Part shown: piece after piece, positions 62,995 to 64,000 of the stretch
How the letters are laid out: the number at the start of each line of letters is the position of its first letter
Position numbering within the stretch: the stretch's first letter is position 1
Notes under the pieces: model-generated
Told to the model about the DNA's origin: nothing
Seen by the model: only the letters and a program-made list of their open reading frames with translations
The model's database searches: none
Assembly (NCBI RefSeq): GCF_006345805.1
Contig: NC_043024.1
Span: 19,406,001-19,470,000 of the forward strand
Reading direction: 5' to 3'
DNA: 64,000 nucleotides
Source of the DNA: Octopus sinensis
Lineage: Eukaryota
Translations under genes and position numbers: made by a program

Positions 62995-64000
62995 AACGAG
63001 ACGTCTGCGTCGGCTGGGTCATGCCCTCCGTCGTCAACCAGGAGAATTCATCTATGAAGCAATTGCCCCAGCTCCCCTTCAGGGTTGGCGAAAGCGATGT
63101 GGTGGACAGCGAAAAAACCTGGCTGATGACAGTTAAGGCTGATCTGGAACCCAACCTATGTAGCAATTGCTCCAGCTCCCCTTCAGGGTTGGCAAAAGCG
63201 ATGTGGTGGACAATGAAATACCTGGCGGATGAGTCAACGCTCATCTGGAATCCAACCTACAAAGCAATTGCCCCAGCTCCCCTTCAGGGTTGGCGAAAGC
63301 GATGTGGTGGACAACGAAAAACCTGGCTGATGACAGTCAAGGCTGATCTGGAACCCAACCTACGAAGCAATTGCCCCAGCTCCCCTTCAGGGTTGGCGAA
63401 AGTGATGTGGTGGACAACGAAAAACCTGGCTGATGACAGTCAAGGCTGATCTGGAACCCAACCTACGAAGCAATTGCCCCAGCTCCCCTTCAGGGTTGGC
63501 GAAAGCGATGTGGTGGACAATGAAAAAACCTGGCTGATGACAGTCAAGGCTGATCTGGAGCCCAACCTACAAAGCAATTGCCCCAGCTCCCCTTCAGGGT
63601 TGGCGAAAGCGATGTGGTGGACAACGAAAAACCTGGCTGATGACAGTCAAGGCTGATCTGGAACCCAACCTACGAAGCAATTGCCCCAGCTCCCCTTCAG
63701 GGTTGGCGAAAGCGATGTGGTGGACAATGAAAAAACCTGGCTGATGACAGTCAAGGCTGATCTGGAACCCAACCTACAAAGCAATTGCCCCAGCTCCCCT
63801 TCAGGGTTGGCAAAAGCGATGTAGTGGACAACGAAAAAGCTGGCTGGTGACAGTCAAGGCTGATCTGGAACCCAACCTAGGCCCTCATGTCTACAGCGTT
63901 CGCCACTGGAATAGGGAGTGGTTGGAGATCACGCAGTCGTTAGCCTCAAATCGCCAGGTCTGGTCGGCGTTTGTGAGAGATGCAACATTGAGGATGAATG
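62995..64000 (+). mobile_element. RTE-clade LINE (family 2) ORF2 C-terminus with 8 tandem copies of a 103/104-bp coding segment
   Basis: RRLRRLGHALRR...WRKRCGGQRKTWLMTVKADLEPNL then ...GPHVYSVRHWNREWLEITQSLASNRQVWSAFVRD; GCAATTG starts at 63059, 63163, 63264, 63367, 63470, 63574, 63677 and 63781. Confidence 0.85.

Overview
AT-rich eukaryotic DNA dense in repeats and microsatellites. The SINE/LINE/microsatellite repertoire resembles an octopod cephalopod (Octopus-like) genome; this is an inference from memory, not a database hit. No complete host gene is recognisable. Almost every ORF in the supplied track is a microsatellite or SINE artefact, and only a few weak splice-flanked exon candidates exist. 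Supported content: four tRNA-type SINE families in many copies; a 5'-truncated R4/Dong-clade LINE in a (TAA)n array; RTE, CR1 and HERO-like LINE remnants; two non-autonomous Helitrons (one with its empty site in the window); nested hAT MITEs; piggyBac-like and foldback MITEs; several element-derived tandem arrays; and two recent tandem duplications. The main discovery is a set of at least 7 unrelated type-I hammerhead-ribozyme (HHR) motif families on both strands. All have a loop-less palindromic helix III of differing sequence (ACCCGGGU, ACUCGAGU, ACAGCUGU, ACGCGU, ACAUAUGU, ACAAUUGU, AUCAAUUGAU, ACGU), the hallmark of Penelope-like-element/retrozyme HHRs. They include a 355-bp tandem/inverted retrozyme-like repeat with covarying stems and several motifs with unusually long helix II. 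Ribozyme activity is inferred from sequence and hand folding only. Repeat boundaries are approximate (about +/-10 bp) unless TSDs or termini are quoted.
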